NCBI GenBank assembly: GCA_963705255.1
Contig: OY970061.1
Coordinates: forward strand, 2,528,001 to 2,592,000
DNA length: 64,000 nucleotides
Reading direction: 5' to 3'
Source of the DNA: an uncultured Methanoregulaceae archaeon
GTDB lineage: Archaea; Halobacteriota; Methanomicrobia; Methanomicrobiales; Methanospirillaceae
Position numbers and translations under genes: made by a program. The notes below the pieces were generated by a model. That model did no database searches. It saw nothing but the letters and a program-made list of their open reading frames with translations, and had not been told where the DNA came from. Numbering within the stretch: the first letter of the stretch is position 1; each line of letters opens with the position of its first letter. Shown one piece after another: positions 63,919-64,000 of the stretch.

Positions 63919-64000
63919 ATGACGAAGAGGAATGAAAATAATTCAAAGTACCTGGTTGCGTTTTTTTCGCGCCCGGGGAATAACTATGTCAACGGGACGA
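63919..64000 (+). CDS. Flavodoxin-like protein, N-terminal fragment (runs off window)
   Basis: MTKRNENNSKYLVAFFSRPGNNYVNG resembles the flavodoxin_4 N-terminus; divergent from HxlR. Confidence 0.6.
   Translation, partial: MTKRNENNSKYLVAFFSRPGNNYVNGT

Overview
Chromosomal segment of a methanogenic archaeon, most likely Methanomicrobiales (Methanoregula-like). The basis is an archaeal histone, GatDE, archaeal-type SAM synthetase, RFC-L, rpl10e, methanogenesis markers 2 and 4, and a stand-alone Cas1. Most of the window is housekeeping: paaK-like ligase, glmM, mobB, argH, a fumarase/kor/suc operon, hisG/A/B and ABC transporters. About ten genes carry 1-2 nt indels that look like assembly or sequencing errors. 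Highlights: (1) An AT-rich domain (about 1-15 kb) contains a tyrosine recombinase (XerA) with a perfect 11-6-11 dif-like site (TTTGCGCAGAA-TGTCTA-TTCTGCGCAAA) right in its promoter. It is flanked by gene-free AT tracts with converging motifs, and neighboured by a catalytically altered Cas1-solo and an N-terminally truncated RuvC-only TnpB. (2) A dispersed family of mosaic hairpin repeats occurs at 7 loci, with shuffled TCGA-footed stem-loop modules (REP/BIME-like); two copies form ~215-bp inverted repeats around a 4-gene cassette. (3) An exact 32-bp-period array of ATTGYCA-N10-YGRYAAT palindromes lies next to a two-gene winged-helix module bracketed by a duplicated rpl10e 3' end. (4) An ABC substrate-binding protein appears circularly permuted. 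No CRISPR array is present. All calls are from reading the sequence; no searches were run.
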